64,000 bases of DNA. Source: Octopus sinensis. Taxonomy: Eukaryota. The position numbers and the translations under genes are program-made. Shown here piece after piece: positions 12,414 to 23,759 of the stretch (positions are counted from its first letter, which is position 1; every line of letters starts with the position of its first letter). The notes below the pieces were generated by a model. It was not told the origin of the DNA. It searched no databases and worked only from the letters and a program-made list of their open reading frames with translations. Where the stretch lies: the NCBI RefSeq assembly GCF_006345805.1, contig NC_043005.1, forward strand, positions 43,834,001 to 43,898,000, written 5' to 3'.

Positions 12414-13715
12414 GGCTTATGGAAAGGTTTATATGAGGAGAAGTTTAAATCTAGGGAAACATCTAAATAATCAACTATAGAGTGATTAGTAAATACTGTA
12501 ATTTTAAGTCCTAATTGATTAAAGGTAGAAATTAGTTGCTTCCTAAATCTATCATGGGTATCACAACCATGGGAAATACCCAAACCGTTGTCACAGTATA
12601 GGCCAATGTGTGTCTGTGTGTTGAGGCTGTGCATATACTGTGATGACGGTTTGGGTATTTCCCATGGGTGCAATACCCTTGATAGATTTAGAAAGCAACT
12701 AATTTCTATCTTTAATCAATTAGCACTTAAAATTACAGTATTTACTAATCTCTCTATAGTTGATTATTTAGATGTTTCCATAGATTTGAACTCCTCTTCG
12801 TATAAACCTTTCCATAAGCCTAATGAGAAACTTGCATATATGCATAAACAGTCTTGTCTGCCTCCTATAATATTTAGATACCTGATAGCTATTATTAGTA
12901 ACCTCTCTTCTTCCAAAGAAATTTTTGAGAAAGCTGCCCCCCGTTATAACAATGCCCTAGCCAATAGTGACTTCAAAGATAAATTAGTACATAATCCCTC
13001 TAATAATAATCAAAATATTAATAATAGATCTAGTGGCATCAAAGATAAAGTAGTACATAACCACTCTAGTATTAATCAGGATAATGTGAGGGTGTGTGGC
13101 TTAGTGGTTAGGGCATTTGGCTCATGATCGTAAGGTTGTGAGTTCGATTCCCGGCAACGCGTTGTGTCCTTGAGCAAGACACTTTATTTCACGTTGCTCC
13201 AGTCCACTCAGCTGGCAAAAATGAGTTGTACTTGTATTTCAAAGGGTCAGCCTTGTCACTCTCTGTGTCACGCTGATTATCCCCGAGAACTACGTTAAGG
13301 GTACACGTGTCTGTGGAATGCTCAGCCATTTGCACGTTAATTTCACGAGCATGCTGTTCCGTTGATCGTATCAGCTGGGACCCTCGTCGTCGTAACCGGC
13401 GGAGTCTTTTTTTTTTTAATCAGGATAATAAGAACCCCCAAAATAGTCCAAGGAAAATTATTTGGTTCACCCCTCCTTCTTCCCTTAATATAAAAACTAA
13501 CATTGGTAAAAGATTCCTGTCTCTGCTAGACAAACACTTTCCAGCCATTCACAGATACAGGAAAATATTTAATAGGTGTTCTGTGAAATTATCATATAGC
13601 TACTGCCCCAATATGAAGAGTATCATTGCATGTGGTCAATACCAAGAGCCTGAATCCAGTTGCAACTGTCATGACCCAGGATCCTGTCCACTTGACCAAA
13701 GGTATATGATTAAAT
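12414..13715 (+). mobile_element. Penelope-like RT fragment with an inverted 5' duplication (12414-12600 on - strand), interrupted by a SINE
   Basis: ORF 12588 reads YCDDGLGIS...VDYLDVSIDLNSSSYKPFHKPN...SNLSSSKEIFEKAAPRYNNAL. ORF 13307 reads RKIIWFTPPSSLNIKTNIGKRFLSLLDKHFP...KIFNRCSVKLSYS. Both are characteristic PLE RT-thumb/linker motifs. Confidence 0.9.
13086..13415 (+). mobile_element. SINE family B, full length, with 14-bp target-site duplication
   Basis: A box TGGCTTAGTGG and B box GAGTTCGATTCCC. TTAATCAGGATAAT occurs at 13072-13085 and 13416-13429. The 3' tail is oligo-T. Confidence 0.92.
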
Positions 13716-14150
13716 CTATCAGCCACCTTCTTATTCCGGGGCAGCACTACCTCCTTCAGGCACTTGACATAGGCCTCCGTGTTGAGTCTAAGGCCATGTG
13801 GGAAGATGAATGGAGGTATAACATTGCCATCACTAATGAGCACTCCAAACACTATGATGTTGACTGGATGTTTGATTTTTATCACTCTCGATACATGTTT
13901 TGGAGACACAGCAAGCTAAAGGCTGTTCTGTGGATTCACCATCTGTTCGTACTGGGGCTTCCAGCATGAATGCCAAGCAGTACAGTATGTCATTTTCAAA
14001 TTTCTAGCAGAGTGAAATGATAGTGTTTTGCTAACAGATGGTGCCCAACTGACCCTACTATACTATACTGTGTAGTCAACAAAATCAATAACAAACAATG
14101 CGAAATTAAGAATATAAAATAACGACAATTTAGCCATAGGACCCTGTGTA
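13715..14150 (-). mobile_element. Tc1/mariner superfamily, maT (DD37D)-like transposase fragment
   Basis: ORF 13592-13909 reads IKIKHPVNIIVFGVLISDGNVIPPFIFPHGLRLNTEAYVKCLKEVVLP. The terminal region is similar to 54605-54710. Confidence 0.75.
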
Positions 14151-14171
14151 TATATAATCATATATATATAT

Positions 14172-14480
14172 ATATGGTGGTTGTCTACTTCTTATGCAAA
14201 GCCTGACCACCTCATGCACTTACCTCCAGATCCATTATGGCACCTGATGTGACTTTTTAAACCAGATAATGTATTGAAAAGACACCCACATAGATTGTGT
14301 ATCTGATTTGAACCACCAAAGGCAGCAGTTAAGTTCTGATCTTCGTGGATCTTAAAATGCCTTTTGAGGCCTTCAGTAGATTTCCAGACGAACACACACC
14401 CAAACAGTTCTTTCATCGTGAGCTTGCAGAGGGAATATGCAATCAGTGTAAACCTAAAAAGTGGTTTATGGATGGCATAG
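14172..14480 (-). mobile_element. LINE 3' end encoding C2H2-like zinc fingers, abutting (TA)n
   Basis: GLKRHFKIH...HNLCGCLFNTLSGLKSHIRCH. A homologous copy lies at 31388-31745; both end in GAAGTAGACAACCAC/GAGTAGACAACCAC followed by (AT)n. Confidence 0.6.
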
Positions 14481-14513
14481 CGAGTACTACTCTGTGTGTG
14501 TGTGTGTATATAC

Positions 14514-14556
<43 letters not shown>

Positions 14557-14562
14557 TACATA

Positions 14563-14626
<64 letters not shown>

Positions 14627-14834
14627 GGTCATACACTCTTGATAGGCCAGTTACTGTGGTATTTGTCCCAAGATAACATCTATTATGAACACAATAACTA
14701 TTAGAGAGAGATGAAAATTCCACCCAGCTGTGGCAAGTAAGAATACCAGATACATTTCTGTCTACAGTAGATATCTATATATTTTAACAAACGATACTTG
14801 TAATAGACAAATATAAACATTCTTTTTCTGAATA

Positions 14835-15550
14835 TATTGGGTTGTCAGATAAATTCCTTTCTTTCTTTCCAGTGCTATTTGAATTAAAGCAAAAAAATAT
14901 TTTTATCTTAGTGTTTTATATATTTTTTTTAATTCATTTTTTTTTACTGCTCTATTCTTCTACAATTTTTGTTTATCATTTTTTTCAACTTAAATAAATT
15001 TTACTTCTTTTCGAGCATACAGTGATGGAGTGCCAAGTAAAAAGAAAAATATGCATTCTCAACACCTGCTTCTCTTTGCATTTAATGAAGATTTGAAAAA
15101 CTGCCAAAGTTGCATGAGACATTTGTGCTGTGTATTGAGAAAGGTACTATTACTGAAGAACTGCATAGAAATGGTTTCCATGCTTCTAGAGAGGAAATTT
15201 GATCTCACAGACTTTCTACATTCTAAGAAACCTGTTCAGTTCAGGGAGGGTTGATTGAACAAGCTCATCCATAAGGATCCATGCCAATCCACAATGGAAT
15301 TGTCCCAGCAGATGAGCTGCTCTCATGATACCACTAGCCATCACCTTCCCTCAATGAGTAAAATTTGGTGCTTGGGTGTCTTTGAACAAAAGAGACAAAT
15401 TCAACATTCCTCTATTCTCATCAAATTGCTTGCTCGGTACAAACAGAAATTTCTTTACTGCAATGTCACTAACAATAAAAAAATAAAATAAAAATGGCCT
15501 CTCTACATCAATATGAGGCAGAGGAAAGAATGGCTGGTCCTGAAAGGTAA
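14835..15550 (+). mobile_element. Decayed mariner transposon (5' TIR plus transposase N-terminal half)
   Basis: TA followed by TTGGGTTGTCAGATAA. Fragments HSQHLLLFAFN, NFDL..., KDPCQSTMELSQQMSCSH, and KQKFLYCNVT are in mariner order. Confidence 0.75.
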
Positions 15551-15583
15551 GTGATACTTCAATCCAATGCAGAGCTGCATCCT

Positions 15584-15815
15584 ATTTCTTTATTGCCCAC
15601 AAGGGGCTACACACAGAGAGAACAAACAAGGACAGACAAACGGATTAAGTCGAATACATCGACCCCAGTGCGTAACTGGTACTTATTTAATCAACCCCAA
15701 AAGGGTGAAAGGCAAAGTTGACCTCGGCGGAATTTGAACTCAGACCGTAACGACAGACGAAATACCGCTAAGCATTTTGCCCAGCGTGCTAACGTTTCTG
15801 CCAGCTCGCCACCTT
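15584..15815 (-). mobile_element. tRNA-related SINE family C (Meta/Sauria-like central box)
   Basis: Reverse complement GGCGAGCTGGCAGAAACGTTAGCACGC...CAACTTTGCCTTTCACCCTTTTGGGGTTGATTAAATAAGTACCAG. Further copies at 24240-24450, 44860-45080 and 46895-47015 (+). The domain name is by resemblance only. Confidence 0.75.
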
Positions 15816-15829
15816 ACAAGACATCCATA

Positions 15830-16720
15830 TAAGACAATGATCTGCATTTGGTTGGACTGAGAAGGGTTTGTAGTGAGTCACCAGTGTAAAATGTAAGCAA
15901 TGTAGAAAGTCACTAATGTAGTGAGAGTGGTCACTAATTTAAAGCATGAAAGTGTTCGTGGAAAAGTTCAGTAAATGCACTTTTGAGAAGCATGTGTAAT
16001 GGAATATCAGAAGACAGTTTTTAAGCAAATAACTTAATTTATTAGAATAGTAATGAGAGCTGACAAGTGATGAGCAAAGAGGGTGTATATGTAGGAATCA
16101 GAGAAAAGCATTTAAACTTACGATTGAAGAATAGCTTCAGTTGTAAGCCATTAAAAGCTAGTAGAGATGAAGCTAGCTTGGATGGAAATAAACCACTCAT
16201 GATATAGATAGAGTTATGTTGATGTAGACTAACAGGAAATTGTGCTTGCAAGGCAAAGTTGACTAAAACAAAATAGGATATCCATTATGTGGTCAGCATT
16301 GAAAGCTAAATATGATTCAGAGTTTTGTGGCACTAGGTTGGGGAGAAAAACCAGAAGAGAGGTCCCATCTCTGGAGAATTGCTGTTGCTCATCTTGTGTT
16401 CTTCCACCGACTATTAAACAACACATACTTACCTATGGGGCGGATAACTGCTTCTAATTTTTATATGTGCCCAGTCCTGATTGGCTGGAGTATCTCATAG
16501 CACAACTGTGCTATGCCACGACAGCAAAAATAGCTTTCCTGATTCCTACAGTATCCCCTGCTCAGACTACAAGTTGATAGAAGCAACAGTAATGCAGCAA
16601 GAAAGAAAACAAATGCAAAGTGAAATGCTCAAACAATGGTAAAAATCATGAATAGATCAAGGAAAGCAATATACAAATGCCAGAAAAGGCAAGTACACAA
16701 AAATGAGAAAATGACAGGCA
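15830..16720 (-). mobile_element. Ty3/Gypsy pol remnant (RT-connection/RNase H)
   Basis: HFTLVTHYKP (~15860-15900) resembles the RNase H FTLVTDHKPL motif. 16270-16560 is clearly homologous to 17250-17530. Confidence 0.5.
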
Positions 16721-16734
16721 CTTAAGGTAAGTTC

Positions 16735-16796
<62 letters not shown>

Positions 16797-16826
16797 TATA
16801 TATTTATATATATATTGATATATATA

Positions 16827-16871
<45 letters not shown>

Positions 16872-16874
16872 TAT

Positions 16875-17660
16875 ATACAGTCTTACAAAGTCTCCTGGGT
16901 CAATGGACATGATGTGTGTGGAGCGGTGTGTGAAGGAGGTCCATAGCACAATAACCAGGCCAATACCAGGTCTCATGCTACAGAGTAGGTAGAAATATCA
17001 GTTAGAGGAATGGTGTCAAGTCAGTGAGTGAAATGATCAATACAAGTGAGAATATAAGTGTACCCTTGACTGATGGGCTAGGGTCCAAAAAGATCAATGT
17101 GGTTGTAACAGAAGTGTGCATCTGGTGTGCTGAAAGTGCTGAGGGGTGCATGAATGTGTGTACGCACCACTGGCCTTAGGCAGTGTAGGCAAGATCAAAA
17201 CCAGTCAGTGAAAACAGTGCTTGAAAGGTAAAGTTGACAAAAAAGAAATAGGATGACCATGATGTGGTCAGCGTTGAGAGCTTAATATGATTCAGAAGTT
17301 TGCAGCACAAGGTTGGTGAGAAAAAAGAGGAAGGCAGGTCCCATCTTTGGAGAACTGATGTTACTTGTCTCATTTTCTTCTGCTGACTGTTAAAAAAACC
17401 CACGCTTGCCTATGGAGCAGATAACTGCCTCTAGTATTAATATGCATCCAGTCCTAATTGGCTGGAGTATGCCATAGCACAACTGTGCTATGCTGTGACA
17501 GCAAAAATAGCTTCCCTGACTCCTATAGGTTAATCTGCTACAAAATACTTGGAAACAATCGCACAGTCCCTGTAGAGCTTTCATTCAGCAAGTGCATTGG
17601 CTCAATGACCTGATTGGCAACACAGCATGCTTCTTCAACACAACGATGCTCAACCCAGAG
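16875..17660 (-). mobile_element. Ty3/Gypsy pol remnant with integrase core
   Basis: SCLHCLRPVVRTHIHAPLSTFSTPDAHFCYNHIDLL...YILTCIDHFTH*LDTIPLTDIST...WLLCYGPPS matches the integrase zinc-finger end plus the rve N-terminus (HIDLVGP...YLLTCIDRFTRWPEAIP). Confidence 0.8.
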
Positions 17661-17707
17661 TCAATAATGCTTGTATGTATATGTGTGTGCGCATGTATGT
17701 ATGTATA

Positions 17708-18020
17708 TCACCATGATCACCGTGACCGACCAGGCTATCAGATGTTGTTACACATCGCTGGTCACAATGCGCTTCACACTGTTTTAGCCTTCAAATGACG
17801 CCACTCCGCTGGCTAAGCGAGCAGGCCAACAGAAGAAAGAGTAAGAGAAAGTTGTGGCGAAGGAGTACAGCAGGGATCGCCGCCACCCCCTGCCGGAGCC
17901 TCGTGGAGCTTTAGGTGTTTTCGCTCAATAAACACTCACAACGCCCGGTCTGGGAATCGAAACCGCGATCCTACGACTGCGAGTCCGCTGCCCTAACCAC
18001 TAGGCCATTGCGCCTCCACA
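17708..18020 (-). mobile_element. tRNA-derived SINE family D
   Basis: Head GGAGGCGCAATGGCCTAGTGGTTAGGGCAGCGGACTCGC...GGTTTCGATTCCC with A and B boxes; CpG-rich. Confidence 0.88.
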
Positions 18021-18022
18021 TG

Positions 18023-18058
<36 letters not shown>

Positions 18059-18184
18059 CAAAATGGGACAAGAACGCAAAACATCCAGAAGATGATACAA
18101 AACCACGGACAGGTCATTCAAAGCCTTTAATCTTCAGTCAAGAACCGGGTCATCTTCGCAATTTCAGCTATATACATATATATC

Positions 18185-18930
18185 ATCAACATCATCATTT
18201 AACGTCCGTTGTCCATGCTGGCATGGGTTGGATGTTGTGATCAGAGCTGGCAAGCTGGGTGGGGGTGCACCAACTCCAGTTTCACTTAGGATAGTTTGTA
18301 CAATTGGATGCCCTTCCTAACAGCAACCATTTTACAGATTCTGCTGGATTCTTTTACAAGGTACTGCATGGGTGCTTTTACATGGCACCACGCAGACGCT
18401 TTTATGTGGGTACCACCCATGCACTTTTATGCAACACTACTTTTAAATGACACCACACAAGTGCTTTCACATGGCATAGCCACAAGTGTTTTATGCCACC
18501 AGAAGATACATATACATATATAAACTAATACATCTGTTTATTGTGTACACCTGTCTTCATCTTTTGTTTTTTTGTGAATTCTCCCTATATATATATATCT
18601 ATATATATATATATATACACACATATATATACATATACATATGTGTCAAGCTAAGTAAAATCACTGTTCCTCACACATACAAGCTTGTCCTTTCAGGGGC
18701 TGGTACCACATAAAAAGCACTCATGTTAGTGCTGCATAAATGCACCCATGCTGGTGCTGCGTAAATGCACCCATGCTGGTGTTGTGTAAACAGACCTGTG
18801 CCAGTGGCACATAAAAGGTACCCAACACACTTTGATAAGTGGTCGGTGTTAGGAAGCTAGCCACCTCCATGTCAATCTGTATCACATACCAGCATGGAAA
18901 GCAAATGTTAAGCAATGATGATGATGATAT
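18185..18930. mobile_element. Two RTE 3' ends: 18185-18500 (-) and 18720-18930 (+, with 25-bp tandem)
   Basis: (GAT)n tails and the CCATGC..GCATGG box. GTGCTGC.TAAATGCACCCATGCTG units start at 18729, 18754 and 18779. Confidence 0.75.
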
Positions 18931-19049
18931 ATGGATTGATGGATGTGTATGTATGTATATATGCATATGTATATATGTATATGTATATATAGGGGCTCCC
19001 CTTCTTGCAGCTTCTTTCATGACTGATCCTTCCTATGACTGAAGCACAG

Positions 19050-20651
19050 CTTCTGTCACAGTACTTGCATACCAAGAGAGTGGCTCAGCAATCTGCATTT
19101 CTGCTGTTTTCCTTTCGCTGCTGCTGCTTCTCAACTTGTTTGTTTCTGTAGCTGCTCTCTAACGAAGAAGTTCCTTCCTTCACTACAGTCCTCTATGTTG
19201 TTCTGTTCTCAGCCCTCTCTTCCCAGGTGCTGACATCCACCTCACACTTGGACAAACTAGTTTTGCAAGTGTCCTTATACCTCCATTTTGGTCTTTCTAT
19301 TGGTCTCTTGCCCTGGGCCAGTTCTCCATAGGGCAGTTGCTTCAGTATTCGATGGTCATCCATTCTCCTGACATACCGCAGCCACCTAAGTCTTCTTATA
19401 CACAAGATAGCTATCCTGCTTTGAAGATTCGCCTGGGTCAGCACTTCAACATTGGTGACCTTGTCACACCATGTTAGGCCTAAGATCTTGTGGAGGCATC
19501 TGAGATGAAAAATGCCAAGGCACCTTTCTCTCAGATGTACAAGGTCCATGTTTCAGATCCATAGAAGAGTGTGATGAGAACACATGTTTCATAAATCTTT
19601 TGTATTCATGTCTAATCTCTTGTTCTTCCATACTCATTTTGTCAGCCTTTCAAAAGTTGTTGCTGCCTTCCCTATCCTGACGTTAATCTCACCATCAAGT
19701 GAAGCAGTAGAGGAAATGGTAGACCCTAGATAGCAGAACCTGTCCACTGTCTCAAGCTCTTTGTTATCAAGCTTGATATGGTCTTTCACTGCACCCTCCT
19801 GAGTGAGGATGACTGTCTTCTTTACACTGATGACCAAACCAAAGGCCTTGCATGCTGATGATAAGTGGTTCATCATTATTTGTAGAGTTAATTCACTGTG
19901 AGCAACAAGTGCTACATTGTCGGTGAAGAGAATGTCTCTTATTGTTGCTCTATTGATCTTGGTCTTGGCCCGAAGTCTAGAAAGATCAGAGTGGCCCATC
20001 AGTTCTCCAACAAAGGTAGACATCTCCCGGTGACTCTTGAAATGCATACTGCTGCAATACAGCAAAGTAAATGCTAAAAAGGATTGGTGCTAAGACACAA
20101 CCTTGTTTTACTCTGCTGTTGATGTTGAAGCTATTTGATGATATTAAACTGTCAAACTGAATGGTGGCCTTCATGTCATCGTGGAATGAAACAATGAGCT
20201 GCTGTAGTATTGGGGGACAGCCTCATTTCCCATGCAGCATGTACAGTCCTGATCTGCTGACTGTATCAAATGCCTTTGTCAGATCGACAAATGCTGTATA
20301 TAGTAGTAATTGCTGCTCCCAGCATTTTTCTTGTAGTTAACGAATGGAGAAGATCATATCCATTGTTGAGTGGCTAGATCTAAAACCGCACTGGCTCTCT
20401 GGTAGTACTCTTTCTGCTAGCTTCTGAAGTCATTTGAGAATGATCCTCGTAAAAGCTTTTCTAGTGATGCTCAGAAGTGAGATGCCTCTGTAGTTATTGC
20501 AATCTCCCTTGTCCCCTTTATTTTTGTAGAGGGTGATGATCTTGGGATCTCTCATATCTTGTAGAAATTTTACTTCCAGCCAACACGTCTTTTGTAACTT
20601 GTATAAATGTGGAAGGAGGGCATCTTTGTTCTCCTTCAACACTTCAGCAGG
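19050..20651 (-). mobile_element. RTE-clade LINE reverse transcriptase, frameshifted and 5'-truncated at a (TA)n tract
   Basis: IITLYKNKGDKGDCNNYRGISLLS, QCGFR, FVDLTKAFDTV, VKQGCVLAPILFSIYF, ILFTDNVAL, FCYLGSTIS, RRLRWL, GKRPIERPKWRYKD. Confidence 0.95.
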
Positions 20652-20707
<56 letters not shown>

Positions 20708-20781
20708 ATAAATATATTGGTAAAAATGGTAAGATAACAAAAGAAAGAAAGAGACCTCAATATTATGCAAATGGAGGAATT

Positions 20782-21004
20782 TATCTGTAAATGTAATATG
20801 TGACATTATTCAGTAGCCAAGATAAAACTCTGAGTTTCGGATGCCAAGGTGGAAATCCACACTACCATCTCTTCCGTTATCCAGCCATCCAGTTATCTGG
20901 CCGGATAACTGAAGAGATGGTAGTGTAGATTTCCACCTTGGCATCCGAAACTCAGAGTTTTATCTTGGCTACTGAATAATTGTCACATATTACATTTACA
21001 GGTA
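20782..21004. repeat. ~100-bp-arm inverted repeat flanked by (TA)n, Penelope-terminus-like
   Basis: 20782-~20882 pairs almost perfectly with ~20902-21004. Confidence 0.9.
20904..20964 (+). ncRNA. Minimal type I hammerhead ribozyme motif
   Basis: Stem I GATAA/TTATC; core CTGAAGA (CUGANGA); stem II GATG/CATC; GAAAC; palindromic stem III ACTC-A-GAGT; GUU cleavage triplet at 20957-20959. One extra C lies before GAAA. Confidence 0.7.
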
Positions 21005-21570
21005 TATATATATATATATAAAGCTGTTTTATGTGGTGTGTGTGTGCATGCATGTGTGTGTATGTGTATAACATACATCCAAATACACATCCAAAGAAGA
21101 GTATATTTTAATGATGGACTTGTACTATAAACATACAAAACTGAGAGCACCTGACACTCTTTGTAAATTCAATATAACGCAAGATGAAAAGAAGAAACGT
21201 CATTAAACTTGCTATATTTATAAATTTTTATAAAGAAAAAAATTAAGAAATTGGAAATGATGCTGATGAAAAGAAAGGGGGTTACCCTACAATTTCAGAT
21301 CAATAATTATGTAATCAGTAAAGGTCAACAAGTTGAAAGATTTTTATTTTTTTCAGAGATTCTAAATTCAAATTAATCTAGCTTATGATTATGAAGCAAT
21401 GTAAACCTTATTGAATAAACTCCTCCTGCTACTGACACCAGGAAAAAAAATTTAATAAATAAATTAATTTGGAACCCCACCAAAAATTCTTACCAAATAG
21501 CAAATATTTTATCGCAATTTTAAAAAGAAAATACAAAATGATGATCTATTTTCTGCTGCTGCTGCTACTG

Positions 21571-21601
<31 letters not shown>

Positions 21602-21744
21602 TGTTAAGTCTATTTCTGTTTCTAAGATGTTTTTTATTTGGGTAGTTGTGTTTAACTGCCAATCATCTGTGATCAAGCAGACCTACATGTGCTGATGCAG
21701 TTTTTCTGCTGCCATCTACATTTCAAATATCTGCATACCTAAGT

Positions 21745-21906
21745 GCAGGAGTGGCTGTGTGGTAAGAAGTTTGCTTCCCAACTGCATGGTTCCAGGTTCA
21801 GTCTCACTGCTTGGCACCTTGGGCAAGTATTTCCTACTATAGTCTCAGGCCAACGTAAGCCTCATGAGTGGATTTGGTAGATGGAAACTGGAAGAAACCT
21901 ATTGTG

Positions 21907-21962
<56 letters not shown>

Positions 21963-22060
21963 TATATATATATGTCATCATCATCATCATCATCATCATT
22001 TAACATCTGTTTTCTATGCTGGCATGGGTTGGATAGTTTGGCTGAAAACTGGTAAGCAGG
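21745..22060. mobile_element. SINE A 5' half (+, 21745-21905) and RTE 3' end (-, 21975-22060)
   Basis: Family motifs as in the other copies. Confidence 0.75.
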
Positions 22061-22257
22061 AGAGCTGCATATTGTGTTGGATTGTTCAAACAGTTCGTAG
22101 CATTTTTCAATTGGTGATGTTTAACAGGAACATATGACATATATATATTTTCTGAAAGAGGAGATCTCAAAATATTTTTCTATTTGAATGTTGTGCAGAG
22201 TATTTGCTTCTACCGTTCTTATGGCAGAATTGAAAATGAAAGAAAATGAAATACATT

Positions 22258-22565
22258 TTTGTCATTTACGTTGCCCTTTTCAAGCCTAGCCAGGCTCATG
22301 GGCCCGGTTTTCTGGTTTCTGTGGTGTATGTGTTCCTCCCAGCTGGACGGGATGCCAGTCCATCGCAGCGTTACTCAAGAAACAGGAAGAGAGAAAGTTG
22401 TGGTGAAAGAGTACAACAGGGGTCACCACCACCCCCTGCTAGAGCCTCGTGGAGCTTTTAGGTGTTTTCACTCAATAAACACATGCAAAATCCGGTCTGG
22501 GAATCAAAACCGCAAACCTCCGACCACGAGTCCGCTGCCCTAACCACTGGGCCATTGTGCCTCCA
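22258..22565 (-). mobile_element. SINE family D variant with V-domain-like box
   Basis: Same tRNA head as 17708. Carries GCTGCGATGGACTGGCATCCCGTCCAG, resembling the V-SINE conserved box, and a different 3' part. Confidence 0.8.
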
Positions 22566-22699
22566 ACTTTTGTCATTTAATGTTCTTTTATTTCTAGAGA
22601 GGCAGAATTGTTGCACAAACAGCAAAGAAGATATGTTCTGTTTATGGAGGTGGTATCTTAGCTGAAAGTACTGTTCATACATGGTTTAGTAGGTTTACA

Positions 22700-22925
22700 A
22701 CCGAAAAGTTTGACCAGGAAGATCATGAATGTTCCAGTATACCTACAGTCATTGATAATGAACAAATCAAGATTTTAATTAAAAAAAAATAATCCAGATC
22801 ACACAATGCAAGACGCGGTGGAGGTTCTCCACAAATGTCATGCGTGTATTATAAAGCATTTAAAAACACTTGGTTATGTGAATCGCTATGATGTTTGGGT
22901 GCCTCATAACTTAAAAGAAAATCTT
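22700..22925 (+). mobile_element. Mariner transposase fragment
   Basis: [19 protein letters not shown] contains the mariner WVPH motif. Confidence 0.8.
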
Positions 22926-23759
22926 CGACAAATTCTTCCTGACTTATGGAAGTGGTTGTTAAATGATGATGATGATGATGATGAGGGTGAAGGTGGTGGT
23001 GGTTGTTGTGGTGTTGACAGTGGTGATGGCGATGATGATGACAACAATGAATGATGATGATGGTAATGGTGATGATGATGATAAATAATACTGAAAACCC
23101 AAAACGGTAGCATCAGCTATTTGCCCATTGTTTTTCTCCTGCAGTTGTGTTGTTATTGTCTAGCTTTGAGTTGGCTCAGATCAAGCAGGCACCTATGGTC
23201 CGAGATATTCAAGCCTTGCCTCATCCCATTTTGTGTTTGAGGATATGTACTACCAGGCTTCATATACAATGGGTCTATTTTGGGAAATGAAGGAGTATCT
23301 TTTGAATTAGACTTAAAATGTCTTTTATAAATGAGCTCTGAAAGAATGCACATTGAGACTCTGTCTTTATCATTCTGGCAATTTTTACTCAAGTGCAATA
23401 TCAGATATTTGAAGAGACAATTCAAGTGATGATCCTTATATTAATGAGAGATTCTAATATCCTTGAAAGCTTAATGGAACCAGGCCATAGTTGTTCATAC
23501 TTAGAGAAGAACGTTCCCCATTAACATGCAGCGACTCAACTTTTCTTCCTCATCTTCGCTGCAACACCATCACTTTCAAGGAATTTGCTAATTTGGAATA
23601 GTTATCACATTACAGAACTGTCTTCATTTAAATACAACACAGTTCCTTCGACATCAGTGACTTAAGCAAGGATATAACCAAAGCACAATAAACAGAAGCC
23701 TTAGCAAGCAGGATAGTACATTTATAGAATTGCTAATCAAATCAAATTCGCAAATTTGA

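Noticed and set aside
13086-13160. tRNA-like sequence with A and B boxes (also 8455, 17940-18020, 22480-22565, 26450)
   Set aside because: No closing acceptor stem, and each continues into a SINE body. These are SINE heads, not tRNA genes.
18045-18175. TA-flanked block with CTGAAGA on the minus strand
   Set aside because: The downstream box is GAAT rather than GAAA and the stems are unconvincing. Probably a PLE-terminus-type repeat, but not supportable as a ribozyme.
22960-23085. Poly-Asp/Gly/His ORFs
   Set aside because: (GAT)/(GGT) trinucleotide repeat appended to a mariner fragment.
23153-23425. 90-aa minus-strand ORF
   Set aside because: No recognisable domain, weak splice signals, and its end overlaps a common short repeat.
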